Source: an uncultured Solirubrobacterales bacterium (GTDB taxonomy: Bacteria; Actinomycetota; Thermoleophilia; Solirubrobacterales; 70-9). Taken from it: a DNA stretch of 64,000 nt. This document shows, one piece after another, positions 14,620-27,713 of this stretch (the first letter of the stretch is position 1; each line of letters starts with the position of its first letter). Made by a program: the position numbers and the translations under genes. The DNA lies in the NCBI GenBank assembly GCA_963746215.1, contig CAVVAT010000010.1:48634-112633 (forward strand), written 5' to 3'. Under the pieces are notes generated by a model. The model did no database searches. It was not told the DNA's origin and worked only from the letters and a program-made list of their open reading frames with translations.

Positions 14620-14636
14620 AACTGAGCGCCGGGTCC

Positions 14637-15980
14637 CTAGCTCGTCCGCTTGACCTTCCAGGAGCGCTGCGCGGGCGTGGGGTCGAGGTTGCCGACCCCG
14701 TCGATGGCCCGGACCTCGAAGGTGTGCTTGACGGGCCGCAGCTTCTTGTAGACCTGAGGCGACGCGCAGGGCGCAAACGGCTTGTTGTCGAGACTGCACG
14801 CAAACGATGTGCTCGGCTCGGTCGAAACGAACTGGAAGGTCGCCTTGCGCTTCTTCGTCTTCGACTCCGGGCCCGCGGTAATGACGGTTTCGGGAAGAGT
14901 GATGTCCGGGCAGCCATTCGGCAGGGTCCCAACCAGGACCGGGCAGGCGTCGGCACCGTCGGTGACCGTGTCGCCGTCGCTGTCTGTCGCGCGGGGATCC
15001 GAGCCGATAGTGATCTCGACCGCGTCTGAGAGGCCGTCTCCGTCCTGGTCTGCGTCGCACAGGTCGCCGAGGCCGTCGGCGTCGAGGTCTGCCTGGTCCG
15101 CGTTGGCCGCCGCGGGGCAGTTGTCGGCCGCATCTCGCGAGCCGTCGCCGTCGCCGTCGGGCGGAAGGATCGCGAGCGAGAAGAGCTGGCTCGCGCCGCT
15201 GCCGATAGGGCCGACAAGTGTCGTGAACGAGGTGAGCGTGTAAAGGCTCGTGACTCCGCCGACCGTCAGTGCAGCGAACATCGTTCCGGCCGGGGTGATG
15301 TCGAGCCCAGCGTCGCTGGCCCCGGTCAGGACGACGTTGAGCGATCGGACATCTTCGACGAGGCCGCCATTGGGGCCGAAGGCAGCTGTGCCGTTGGGTC
15401 CGCCCTGGATCGAGAGGGCGCTGGTGTTGGCGTCGATCTCGAACAGCGTGGTCTGGCCGCCCCCGGCGTTGTTGCGGTCGTATGCGGCGGCGATGACGTC
15501 GGTGACGCCGGCCGGGTCAGATCGGTCGTCGTTACCGGCCAGGGCACCGTTGTTTGGATTAAACCGCGCGTTCTCATCGTTCGTGTTGACGAGCGCATGC
15601 GATCGGCAACAGGGTTGAAGTCGCAGCCGCCCGGCGACATCTGCCGCGCCAGGCACGGCGAACTGACGTCGCACCGACAGCGTCGCCGGCCGGTGGTCCG
15701 GGTCGATGCGATAGGTCGTCAACACCGAGTTGTTGGCGGAGCCGGTGGCCACCGTGAAGCCGAGAGCTCCCCGGTGGCCGGCCGGAAGTCGATTCCGCGC
15801 AAGCGTCAGCCCGCACCCATGCCGGTGACCGGGGTGATGTCGTGGTCGGTGGGATCGGTGGTGTCGAACCGGAGCAGGGTGTTGCCGGCGATCAGCGCGA
15901 CCGCCGGCTCAGCCTGCGCTGGAGCGGCGCTCGACTCCCAGCGCCGCGACGGCGATCGCACCTATCCAGGCGCGATGCAC
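14637..15980 (-). CDS. Secreted DUF4394-like protein with thrombospondin type-3 (Asp-rich Ca-binding) repeats; N-terminal part frameshifted
   Basis: GTG 15980 with signal peptide HRAWIGAIAVAALGVESSAAPAQA. VALIAGNTLLRFDTTDP...ITPVTGMG...GIDFRPATGE pieces lie in shifted frames. DGDGDGSRDAADNCPAAANADQADLDADGLGDLCDADQDGDGLSD repeats. Confidence 0.7.
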
Positions 15981-15989
15981 CGCTGGCCT

Positions 15990-17415
<1,426 letters not shown>

Positions 17416-17485
17416 TGCTCTCCTGGCTTCGCTTTCGAAAGAGACTTTAGAGGCTCCCGGTGCCCTCCGATGTAGCCTGCCGCCC

Positions 17486-18463
17486 ATGCGAGGGATGGTT
17501 ATGGCGGCGGGACTGGGCACACGCCTGCGTCCGCTCACATGGGATGTGCCCAAGCCGATGGTTCCAGTGGCGAACCGGCCGATCATGGAGCACGTGCTCG
17601 AGCTGCTCGCTCAGAATGATGTCGGCGAGATCGTCGCGAACCTCCACTGGTTCGGCGACACCGTGCGGGGCGCGTTCAGCGACGGCTCCAGGCTCGGGGT
17701 CGAGATCACCTACAGCGAGGAGGAGAAGCTCCTCGGCACCGCCGGCGGCGTGCGCAACGTTCGCGACTTCTTCGGCGCCGAGCCGTTCGTCGTGCTTGCC
17801 GCCGACGCGCTCACCGACCTCGACCTCACCGCGCTCGCCAAGACCCACGCCGAGAACGACTGGATCGCGACCCTTGCCGCGGTGAAGGTCGCCGACACCA
17901 GCGAGTACGGAGTGATCGTCAGCGGCTCGGACGGGCGCATTCAGGGCTTCCAGGAGAAGCCGGATCCCGCCGAGGCGCTCTCGAACCTCGCCAACTGCAT
18001 GATCTACGTGCTCGAGCCCGAGATCTTCGACTACTTCCCGGATAAGGACGAGGTGGACTTCGCGCTCGACGTCTTCCCGGCCCTGCTCGAGGCAGACGTT
18101 CCGTTCGGCGTCCACACTTCGGACGAGTACTGGAACGACGTCGGCTCGCTGCCCGAGTACCTGCAGGGCAATCTCGACGCGATCACCGGTGCGGTCGACG
18201 TGAAGCCCGCGGGGGAGCTGATCGAGTCCGCAGCCGGGCTCGACGGCGAGGTCGAGGGCGAGGGGCCGGTGCTGCTCGGTGACGGGGTCGAAGTCGGCGA
18301 CGGAGCCCGGCTCGACGGTCCACTCGTGATCGGCCCCGGCTCGGTCATCGGCGCCGGCGCGCGGGTCAAGGAGTCCGTACTGCTCGCCGGGACCGAGGTC
18401 CCGCCATCGGGCCTGCTCGCCGCTGCGATCGCCGGGAACGGCGAGGTGTTAGCCCGGGGCTGA
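17486..18463 (+). CDS. Sugar-1-phosphate nucleotidyltransferase (second GMPP-like paralog) with C-terminal beta-helix
   Basis: [28 protein letters not shown] from ATG 17486. The ORF-track start at 17405 overlaps the ahcY start region. Confidence 0.85.
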   Translation: MRGMVMAAGLGTRLRPLTWDVPKPMVPVANRPIMEHVLELLAQNDVGEIVANLHWFGDTVRGAFSDGSRLGVEITYSEEEKLLGTAGGVRNVRDFFGAEPFVVLAADALTDLDLTALAKTHAENDWIATLAAVKVADTSEYGVIVSGSDGRIQGFQEKPDPAEALSNLANCMIYVLEPEIFDYFPDKDEVDFALDVFPALLEADVPFGVHTSDEYWNDVGSLPEYLQGNLDAITGAVDVKPAGELIESAAGLDGEVEGEGPVLLGDGVEVGDGARLDGPLVIGPGSVIGAGARVKESVLLAGTEVPPSGLLAAAIAGNGEVLARG

Positions 18464-18464
18464 G

Positions 18465-19943
<1,479 letters not shown>

Positions 19944-19952
19944 GCTGGCGCC

Positions 19953-20843
19953 GTGACCGCACGCCGCCGCCTCGTCCGCGTTCCCGCCTCCTCGGCCAAT
20001 CTCGGGCCCGGGTACGACGTCCTCGCCGCGGCGCTCGACGCTCGATCTGGAGATGGAGGTCGAGGAGACCGGCGAGTTCTCGGTGCTCGCCGAGGAGGGC
20101 CTGCCGACCGACCGCACCAACCTCTGCGTGGCGGCCTTCGAGCGCCTGCACACGGCCGACGGCCTGCGCTTCGAGATCCGCAGCGAGATCCCGCTAGCGC
20201 GCGGGCTTGGCTCGAGCGCGGCGGCGATCGTCGCCGGTCTCGTCGCCGCCGACCACATGTTCGAGCTCGGCCTCGACCGCGACGCGATCTACCGCCACGC
20301 GGTTGAAATCGAGGGCCATCCCGACAATGTCGCGCGCCGCGCTCTACGGCGGCTTCGTGCTCTGTCCGAGCGCCGACGAGGCCGGCGAGCGGCCCGCCTG
20401 CTGTGCGCCTCGAGCCGCCGGAGGGCGTGGAGGCCGTGCTCGTGATCCCGGACGAGACTGTGCCGACCGTCGCAGGCGCGCGCGGCGCTTCCCGAGCGAG
20501 ATCGCCGTCGCCGACGCGGTCGCCAACGTCGCCGCGGCGACGCAGCTCGTGCTCGGGCCTCGAGCGCTCCGATCTCACGCTGATCGCGCGCGGCCTCGCC
20601 GATCGCCTGCACCAGCCCGCCCGGCGGCCGCTGTACGAGCGTTCGATGGAGCTGCTCGAACGCGCCAGGGACCTCGGCGCGATCGGCGCGACGATCTCCG
20701 GCGCAGGGCCCTCGCTGATGCTCTGGTGCTTTTGGCAGGACACCGGCAAGGTCGTCGAGGCGGCGACCGCCGCGGCCGAGGGCTGGGCCGCGGTCCGCCG
20801 GGTGCCCTTCAGCCCGCTCGGCGCCGACGTACCGGAGCTCTGA
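19953..20843 (+). CDS. thrB: Homoserine kinase, about five frame changes
   Basis: VRVPASSANLGPGYDVL, GHMP motif PLARGLGSSAAAIVAG, HPDNVA/ALYGGFVLC and GATISGAGPSLM are distributed over the frames. Stop is at 20841-20843. Confidence 0.8.
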
Positions 20844-20845
20844 CA

Positions 20846-21314
20846 ATGATTCGCGCGATGAGGCGGCTGGCATCGATCCTCGTCGGTGGCGTTGCTCGCG
20901 CTCGGAGTCGCGGAGATGGCGGTCGGCGCCAATAACAAGCCGCCTGCGACCGGCGACTACCAGGCCGACCTCGACATCAACGGGACTTACTCGCAGGGCG
21001 GGTGGAGCGTCGTCAAGGACGGCGGCAAGCGCCAAATCGTCGCCTCCGGGCAGTACAACGGGATCTACTACCCCGACCCTGGCGAGTGCGACAAGTACAG
21101 CCTGCCACTGAAGGCGGCGAGCGTCCCGATCTCGAAGAGCGGCAAGTTCCACGTCAAGGAGACCAACACGCCGAGCGGCACCTCGGTCGAGATCAAGGTC
21201 GACTGGAAGGGCAAGTGGAAGAGCGCGACCAAGGTCGTCGGGACGATCAAGATCGCCAGCGGCAACTGCTCCTCGAGCAACGAGTTCATCGCAGGGAAGA
21301 TCGCCGGGACCTGA
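20846..21314 (+). CDS. Hypothetical secreted protein (one frame change in the signal peptide)
   Basis: ATG 20846 gives MIRAMRRLASILV, then ALLALGVAEMAVGA in the next frame. The mature part is Lys/Gly/Ser-rich with high third-position GC. No family recognised. Confidence 0.5.
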
Positions 21315-21327
21315 GCCCGGCGGCGAC

Positions 21328-22122
21328 TCAGCTCGCGGGAACGAGCTCGGTCGAGAGCTCGTCGAGCGGGGCGAGAAGGTCCTGCATCGACAGCCGGCGC
21401 AGCAGTTCGCCGGCGAGGGAGAGGTAGTCGGCGCCGCGATCCGGCCGGTAATCGAGGATCGGGACCGCGCGCTCCGCTGACTCGGCGTAGGCGATCGACT
21501 GGCGGATAACCGTCCGGCAGACCTTGTCGCCGAACTGCTCGCGCAGCGCCTCGAGCGTCTGGCGCGCGTGTTTGGTGCGCATGTTGGCGATGTTCAGCAC
21601 GACGCCGAGCAGCTCGAGCTCTGGGTTGAGCGAGTCGCGGGCGAGGTTGACGACCTGCATCGCCTGCTCGACGCCCTGCAGCGAGAAGTACTGGGCCTCG
21701 GTCGTCAGCAGCGCGTAGTCGGCGGCGACCAGGGCGTTGACCGAGAGCAGCCCCAGCGTGGGCGGGCAATCGATCAGGATCAGGTCGCGCTCGCGCTTGA
21801 GGTCGCGCAGCGCGTTTCGCAGTGTCACCTCGCGGCCGATCTTGCCCGCGAGCATCAGCTCGGCCTCGGCGAGGCGCATGTTCGCCGGAATCACCTGGCC
21901 GTGGACGGCATCGGCGGCACGAACTTGGCCGGAGAGCACCTCCGCCAGGGTCGGCTGAGCGTCGGCGTCGGTGTCGAAGTAGTCGGAGAGGTTGCCCTGC
22001 GGATCGCAGTCGATCGCGAGGACGTCGAGCCCGAGGCGCGAGAAGACGTCGCTGAGTGTCCGGGTCAGAGTCGTCTTACCGGTTCCTCCCTTCTGGGAGA
22101 GGACCGCGATCGTGGTCGCCAT
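21328..22122 (-). CDS. ParA/Soj-family ATPase (no parB seen nearby)
   Basis: 264 aa. Deviant Walker A SQKGGTGKTT, and AIDCDPQGNLS. Confidence 0.9.
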   Translation of the reverse strand: MATTIAVLSQKGGTGKTTLTRTLSDVFSRLGLDVLAIDCDPQGNLSDYFDTDADAQPTLAEVLSGQVRAADAVHGQVIPANMRLAEAELMLAGKIGREVTLRNALRDLKRERDLILIDCPPTLGLLSVNALVAADYALLTTEAQYFSLQGVEQAMQVVNLARDSLNPELELLGVVLNIANMRTKHARQTLEALREQFGDKVCRTVIRQSIAYAESAERAVPILDYRPDRGADYLSLAGELLRRLSMQDLLAPLDELSTELVPAS

Positions 22123-22167
22123 CGCGCGGACTATAAGCGCCGCGCGCGCCCCGGGCGGAGGGCTCGA

Positions 22168-22732
22168 TCAGGCTTCGACGACGTGCAGGCGGTAGCGACC
22201 GACCTCGAGCTCGTCGCCGTCGCTGAGAACGGCCCAATCGACCCGCTGGCCGTTGACGTAGAGACCGTTCATGCTGCGGTCGTCGAGCGCCCTCAGGTTG
22301 TCGCCGGCCGTGAGCACGACGAGCGCGTGGCGCCGCGAGACGGTGGGGTCGTCGAAGCGGATGTCGGCGGTGCGCGATCGGCCGATCCGGGTCCAGCCAC
22401 GCTCGAGACGGATCACCGAGTAATCGTGTCCGCCCTCGTCGAAGGCGAGGTAGTGACCGGGCTGGTCGAGCTCGGCGCGGACCTCCTCGATCCAGTCGTG
22501 CGCCTCGATCGGTCCTTCGACCGCTGCGGTCTTCGGAGCGGGGGGACGGTCGAAGATCGAGCCGCGACGAAAGCTCTCTCCGCCGCAGGCCGGGCACTCC
22601 GGCAGCTCGCCCGGCGTTGACCGTCGACACGGCGAAGCCGCAGTCGATGCAGCAGAGCACGCCGGGCTGGGCGATCGTGATCGGCTCGCCGCTGTGGTGG
22701 ATCTCGGCTTCGGCGGAGGCTTTGAAGTCCAT
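22168..22732 (-). CDS. Zinc-ribbon + FHA domain protein, one frame change near 22620
   Basis: N-terminus MDFKASAEAEIHHSGEPITIAQPGVLCCIDCGF...ELPECPACGG (CxxC...CxxC). C-terminal FHA is TRIGRSRTADIRFDDPTVSRRHALVV...SMNGLYVNGQRV. Confidence 0.75.
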
Positions 22733-22858
22733 CGTGTGAGTTCTTTCCCCCTTGTGACGATCCTAACTACTCGGAGTCGATGTTTCAGCCGATCCGGCAA
22801 AGGTTGGACGGAAATTCCGGGAACCTCTGATCCGAGGCGCGGATAGAATCGCCGCCGC

Positions 22859-23368
22859 ATGCGCCCCGTCTCCGCATCAGCATCGATCGACGTTCCGCGC
22901 GAGCGGATCTTCGACCTGCTTATCGACCTCTCGCTTCGGCCTGCGTTCACCGATCACTTCATCGAGGAGTACCGCCTCGCGCGGGTCGAGCCGGTTGGCG
23001 TGGGCGCCTCGGCTCGCTTTCGGCTCGAGCACGCCGGTGTCTGGGTCGACACCGTGATCGAGGTCGCTGAGAGTCCCCACCTGATCCGGGAGCATGGCCG
23101 TGGGGGGCGCGGCAATCGGGTTCCGTGGTTCACCATCTGGGAGATCGCCGAGGGTCCGGCACCCGAGGGGTCTGAGCTGACGGTGACGATCTGGACCGAG
23201 CCGCCGACGATCTTCGACAAGCTCGGTGAGACCGGCGTCAGCGGCCGACGCCTCCGCCGTGACCTCTCGCGGGCGCTCAGCCGGCTAAGAGAGATCGTTG
23301 AAACCGATAGCCCTCTGGAGCACGTCGGCATCGGCGGCGCCGACCTGCTGCCCTCGTTCAACCGGTAG
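22859..23368 (+). CDS. SRPBCC (polyketide cyclase/START-like) family protein
   Basis: 169 aa. The N-terminal pattern SASIDVPRERIFDLLIDLSLRPAF is typical of the family. Assignment is by eye only. Confidence 0.65.
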   Translation: MRPVSASASIDVPRERIFDLLIDLSLRPAFTDHFIEEYRLARVEPVGVGASARFRLEHAGVWVDTVIEVAESPHLIREHGRGGRGNRVPWFTIWEIAEGPAPEGSELTVTIWTEPPTIFDKLGETGVSGRRLRRDLSRALSRLREIVETDSPLEHVGIGGADLLPSFNR

Positions 23369-23384
23369 ATCCAGCCGAGGCCAT

Positions 23385-23939
23385 ATGCTTCCCGCCCTCA
23401 TGCGTCCGCGACTTGCAGCCATCGCCGCGTCCCTCCTGAGCGCCGTCGTGCTCGCGGGCGCGCTGACCGCCTGCGGCGAGGAGGAGCACGGCGAGGTCGT
23501 CGAGGGCGAGCCGATCGAGATCAACGAGCTGGAATACAACGTCCAGATCACTCGTTTCCTCAATCCCTTCGACGTCGAGGACTCCGAGTACCTCGCCGAG
23601 CAGCCGCCGCCCGAGCCGGGCACCGAGTACCTCGGGGTCTTCATGGTGATCACGAACCCGACCGAGGAAGCTCGCCCCTCCGCGACCAATTACGTCGTCA
23701 CGGACACGCTCGAGAACGAGTACGAGATGGTCGAGAGCGAGAGCCCGTACGCCCTCGACGTCGGCGCTCAGGTTGAGGCAGAGGGCCAGTTGCCGCTCAT
23801 CGATTCAACGGCGGGAACCGGACCGAACCAGGGCGCGCTGCTGATCTTCCAGGTCGACCAGTCGGTCAGCGACAACCGCCCGCTGGAGCTCGAGATTCAG
23901 ACCTTCGGCGGTACCGGCGAAGTGACGCTGGACATTTAG
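23385..23939 (+). CDS. Lipoprotein, DUF4352-like
   Basis: ATG 23385. Lipobox LAGALTAC. The remainder is acidic and beta-rich. Confidence 0.6.
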   Translation: MLPALMRPRLAAIAASLLSAVVLAGALTACGEEEHGEVVEGEPIEINELEYNVQITRFLNPFDVEDSEYLAEQPPPEPGTEYLGVFMVITNPTEEARPSATNYVVTDTLENEYEMVESESPYALDVGAQVEAEGQLPLIDSTAGTGPNQGALLIFQVDQSVSDNRPLELEIQTFGGTGEVTLDI

Positions 23940-24229
23940 TCTCGGCCTAGCGGATGCGCAGTGTCCTCCTAGGTGATTCGCTCGTTGTTCTGTTCGTAGT
24001 TGCCGCGGTGAGCCGCGCCTCGAACTTCCAGATGCCGACGACGTGGACGGGGCCCGAGACATCGTCGAGTTCAACCTGGCCTCCGGCTCGCCCCTGATCA
24101 AGGACATGAGCCTGTGAGACCTTTGTTCGGAGCTTGACCTGGGTCCCAGCACTCGCGCCCCTGAAAGATCGCGGCATGCGCTGTGGCTGCGCTGAGCAGG
24201 AGGGCGAGGACGGTGACGGACGCGAGGAA

Positions 24230-26020
24230 TCAGGCGACGCCGAAATACGCCGCCATGATCTGCCGCACGATCGGGGCGGCCACGGTGCCGCCATCGCCCT
24301 CGGAGTTGACGATCATCACGGCGACGGCGATCTTCGGCTTCGCCGCGGGCGCGAAGGCGGTGAACCAGGCATCGGTCTCCAGGGGCGGATCCTCGCCCTC
24401 CGCGAGCTCTTGGCCGGGCTCCAGCGCCTTGGGGCCAAGCTCTGCCGTGCCGGTCTTGCCGGCGACGTCGATGCCCGGAAGTGCCGCAGCCACGCCGGTG
24501 CCGCTGTTGACGACCTCGATCATCATCTCGCGCAGCGTCGCCGCGGTCTCGGGCGAGGTCACCTCGACCGGTTCGGCGTCAGGGGCAAGATCGTCGCCGC
24601 GCGCGATCGGCGTGGGCATCCTGACGCCGTCGTTGGCGATCGTCTGCGCGACGCTCGCCATCTGGAGCGGCGTTGCCAGCACCTGACCCTGGCCGATGGC
24701 TGACTCGCCGGTGGCGACCGTGTCGTCCCCCAGGTCCTCGGGGATCGTGCTCGCGGGCGGGCGAATCGCGTCCGTCGCGGCCGGGTCGAAGAGCGCGGGC
24801 CTCGAGTTGAAGCCGAAGCGCTTGGCGGTCTCGACGAGCTCGTCCCCGCCGAGTTCGGCCCCGAGGGGTGCAAAGACCGTGTTGCACGAGTCGGCGAAGG
24901 TCTGGACGAAGTTGCCGCCGCAAAGCTCGTCGTGGGCGTTGTCGATCTCGCGGCCGATCTCGGAGTTCGACGACTCGACGGGGAACTCATCAGTCGTCTT
25001 GACGATGCCCGCGTCGAGCGCTCCTGTGGCGGTGATGATCTTGAACGTGGACCCCGGCGGTTGCGGCGCCGAGTAAGCGATTCCCGAGAGGGCCATCACG
25101 CCGCCGGTGCGCGCATCGATCACCGCAGCGCCTCCGTAGAGGCTGCCGAGCGCGACGACGGCGGTCTCCTGCAGCTCTGGGTCGATGTAGGTGCGCACAG
25201 CCTTGCCCCGGACCGGCTCGGTCTGGGCCAGGATGCGCCCGCCGCCGACGTCATTGGCCTCGCCCGATCCCACCGCGACGAGCTGGCCGCCAGGCTTGCC
25301 GCTGAGGCGCTCGTCGAACGCTTGCTCGAGACCGGACGTCCCGGTGAGCGTGCCGGGGGGGAAGCCGTCGGCGGTCAGCTCCGCCGCCTGATCCTCGGAC
25401 GGCGTTCCCACCGATCCCACGACCGCTGATGCCGCAGCGCCGACTGAGCGCGCCGACGCCGGCCCGCTCGAGAGCGGCGTGCCGTCGGCCGCCAGGATCG
25501 CGGCGCGTGCCGGCGCGCGCGTGCGCCGGACAAGCTGTTCGCCGTCGGAGAGGCCCGGATAGACGAGGTGCGGCGCCCAGACGACCTTGCCGTCCTCCAG
25601 CGGTAGCTCGAGCTGTCCGCTGAGCTCGCCGAACGCATGGGTGCTGATCGAAAGACTGGTCGAGGCGACGTCGTCCTCGTGCGTGAGCTCGCCAGCCGTG
25701 AGGGTCTCGACGGTCGCGGTGTCCGCCGCCCGCTCGTAGACGCGCTCGAACTCCTCGACCGTGAGCTGCGATTGGCTGCCTGGGCTGAGCTCGGCGTACA
25801 TCGCCGGATAGTCGGCAGCCTCCCAGGCGTCGACGAAGCGCTGAGCCTCGGGCGAGTCGGGACCGCCGCCGACGACGATGCCGACAACGAAAGCGACAAG
25901 GGCGATTGCCCCCAGCGGCGCGGCCCGGGTGAGCACCCGCTGCCGGCGCTGATCATTCTGAGAGCGATCACCCGCGCTCACTCGGCCGCTATCTGCTTCG
26001 TCCATGATCTTGCTTGTCAA
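24230..26020 (-). CDS. Penicillin-binding protein (class B transpeptidase with NTF2-like N-terminal domain)
   Basis: 596 aa. TM anchor, SxxK motif GSTFKIITA, SxN region, and KTGTAE. Confidence 0.9.
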   Translation of the reverse strand: MTSKIMDEADSGRVSAGDRSQNDQRRQRVLTRAAPLGAIALVAFVVGIVVGGGPDSPEAQRFVDAWEAADYPAMYAELSPGSQSQLTVEEFERVYERAADTATVETLTAGELTHEDDVASTSLSISTHAFGELSGQLELPLEDGKVVWAPHLVYPGLSDGEQLVRRTRAPARAAILAADGTPLSSGPASARSVGAAASAVVGSVGTPSEDQAAELTADGFPPGTLTGTSGLEQAFDERLSGKPGGQLVAVGSGEANDVGGGRILAQTEPVRGKAVRTYIDPELQETAVVALGSLYGGAAVIDARTGGVMALSGIAYSAPQPPGSTFKIITATGALDAGIVKTTDEFPVESSNSEIGREIDNAHDELCGGNFVQTFADSCNTVFAPLGAELGGDELVETAKRFGFNSRPALFDPAATDAIRPPASTIPEDLGDDTVATGESAIGQGQVLATPLQMASVAQTIANDGVRMPTPIARGDDLAPDAEPVEVTSPETAATLREMMIEVVNSGTGVAAALPGIDVAGKTGTAELGPKALEPGQELAEGEDPPLETDAWFTAFAPAAKPKIAVAVMIVNSEGDGGTVAAPIVRQIMAAYFGVA

Positions 26021-26128
26021 CTGCCCGCCCGGGGGCCTGCGCTACCCGGTGATAGCGGAGAAGGTAGTGGCTCGATCGGCTTGGACAAGGGTGTTTGAGG
26101 GTTGCGTTAGCGAAAGACTGGGAGGGCT

Positions 26129-27277
26129 GTGAACCTCGTCGACGTCGGGATCATCGTCTTCGTCATTGCGCTCGCCGGAATCGGCTTCGAGCGCGGGCTG
26201 CTCGGCAGCGTCCTGCCCCTCGTCGGCTTCGTCGGCGGTGTGGCTCTCGGCGCCCGTGTTGGGCCGCTGCTGCTCAACGACGGGGCCGAATCTCGCTATG
26301 CGGCGCTGGTTGCCGTCGTCGCGGGGATCTTCATCGGAGCCTTCCTCGCGGTGGCGTTCGACGGCCTTGCCCAGAGGATCCTGCGGCGCCGCCCCTCGGG
26401 CGCGATCCGGGTCGCCGACGGGATCGCGGGCGCACTCGTCCTCGGCGCTCTCGCGCTCCTCGTCTCCTGGGGATTTGGCGCCGTCGCACTGCACGCAGCG
26501 GGCGACCAGGCCCGCCAGCTTCGTGCGGAGGTCCAGAGGTCGAGCATCCTCGCCACGCTCAACGAGGCGCTGCCGCCCTCAGGCCCGCTCCTTAACGTGC
26601 TGCGGCGCGTCGATCCGTCGCAGCGCGTGCGCGGGCCGGACGCCGATGTCGCCGAGCCTGATGGCGCGAGTGCCCGCGATCCCGAGGTCCAGGCTGCGGC
26701 GCGGTCCGGGGTCCGGGTGCTCGGGACCGCCTGCGGGCTTGGTGTCCAGGGATCCGGCTGGGTCGCGGGGCCGGATCTGGTCGTCACCAACGCCCACGTC
26801 ATCGCCGGCGAGGACGACACAACCGTGGTCCCGGACGGAGGCTCCGAGCTCGACGCAACGGTCGTCCATTACGACCCGCGAAACGACCTCGCGGTGCTCG
26901 CCGTCGACGGCCTCGATCTGCCGGTGCTCGAACTCGTCGAGCGGCCGCGACGCGGTACCGACGGCGCCGTAGTCGGCTTTCCGGAGAACGGGCCTTTGAC
27001 CGTGGTCGCCGCCCGGGTAGGGCGCACCGGCCTCGTCACCAGTCAGGACTCCTACGGACGTGGTCCGGTCGAGCGGCGGATGACGCCGTTTCGCGCTCGT
27101 GTTCGCAGCGGCAACTCAGGAGGACCGGTGGTCGATCTCGACGGTCGCGTCCTGACCACGGTCTTCGCCGCGACCGAGGGCGGCCCCGACCAGGGACTTG
27201 GCGTCCCCAACAGCGTCGTCGCCAGAGCGCTCGGGAGTAACCTCGAACCCACGGATACCGGACCATGTGCAGCCTGA
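26129..27277 (+). CDS. MarP-like membrane serine protease (CvpA-type TM domain + trypsin-like domain)
   Basis: 382 aa. Four N-terminal TM helices, VVTNAHVIAG (His), and SGNSGGPVVD (Ser). Confidence 0.85.
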   Translation: MNLVDVGIIVFVIALAGIGFERGLLGSVLPLVGFVGGVALGARVGPLLLNDGAESRYAALVAVVAGIFIGAFLAVAFDGLAQRILRRRPSGAIRVADGIAGALVLGALALLVSWGFGAVALHAAGDQARQLRAEVQRSSILATLNEALPPSGPLLNVLRRVDPSQRVRGPDADVAEPDGASARDPEVQAAARSGVRVLGTACGLGVQGSGWVAGPDLVVTNAHVIAGEDDTTVVPDGGSELDATVVHYDPRNDLAVLAVDGLDLPVLELVERPRRGTDGAVVGFPENGPLTVVAARVGRTGLVTSQDSYGRGPVERRMTPFRARVRSGNSGGPVVDLDGRVLTTVFAATEGGPDQGLGVPNSVVARALGSNLEPTDTGPCAA

Positions 27278-27341
27278 ACGAGATCAAGATCGGTCGAGCC
27301 CTGTTGGCGGAGCGACGGCGTTCGCTACTGTCCGAAACCGG

Positions 27342-27713
27342 GTGGAGGCCGCGGGTGAGAGCCTTGGGACGGAGAGCGCCGCTGCAAACGGGGGAGGCGC
27401 TCCGGTCCGCGTCTCGCCCGATTTCCACGCCGCAATCGAGCTGATCGGCCGCCGCTGGGCCGGCGCGATCCTGTGGTCGCTGGGCGAGCGTCCTCATTAC
27501 TTCGCCGAGCTCACGGCCAGCGTCCCCGGCCTCTCGGACCGCCTGCTCTCACGGCGCCTGCGCGAGCTCGAATCGGCCGGACTGGTCGAGCGCTCGGTCA
27601 GCGAAGGGCCACCGGCCCGAGTCTCCTACGCGCTGACGGAGAAGGGCCGTGCGCTCGAGCCCGCCCTCGCGGAGCTGGCGGTGTGGGCGGACGACTGGAA
27701 GGTGAGCTCGTAG
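27342..27713 (+). CDS. HxlR family transcriptional regulator (start uncertain)
   Basis: AIELIGRRWAGAILWSL...FAELTASVPGLSDRLLSRRLRELESAGLVER. In-frame GTG at 27342 was chosen because the 27198 start would overlap the upstream gene. Confidence 0.8.
   Translation: MEAAGESLGTESAAANGGGAPVRVSPDFHAAIELIGRRWAGAILWSLGERPHYFAELTASVPGLSDRLLSRRLRELESAGLVERSVSEGPPARVSYALTEKGRALEPALAELAVWADDWKVSS

Noticed and set aside
27626-27713. 88-nt convergent overlap of the HxlR and GNAT genes as a regulatory antisense arrangement.
   Set aside because: It is more likely that the GNAT ORF simply runs on to the first available stop; its last ~25 residues are Ser/Ala-rich. No independent signal supports a regulatory arrangement.
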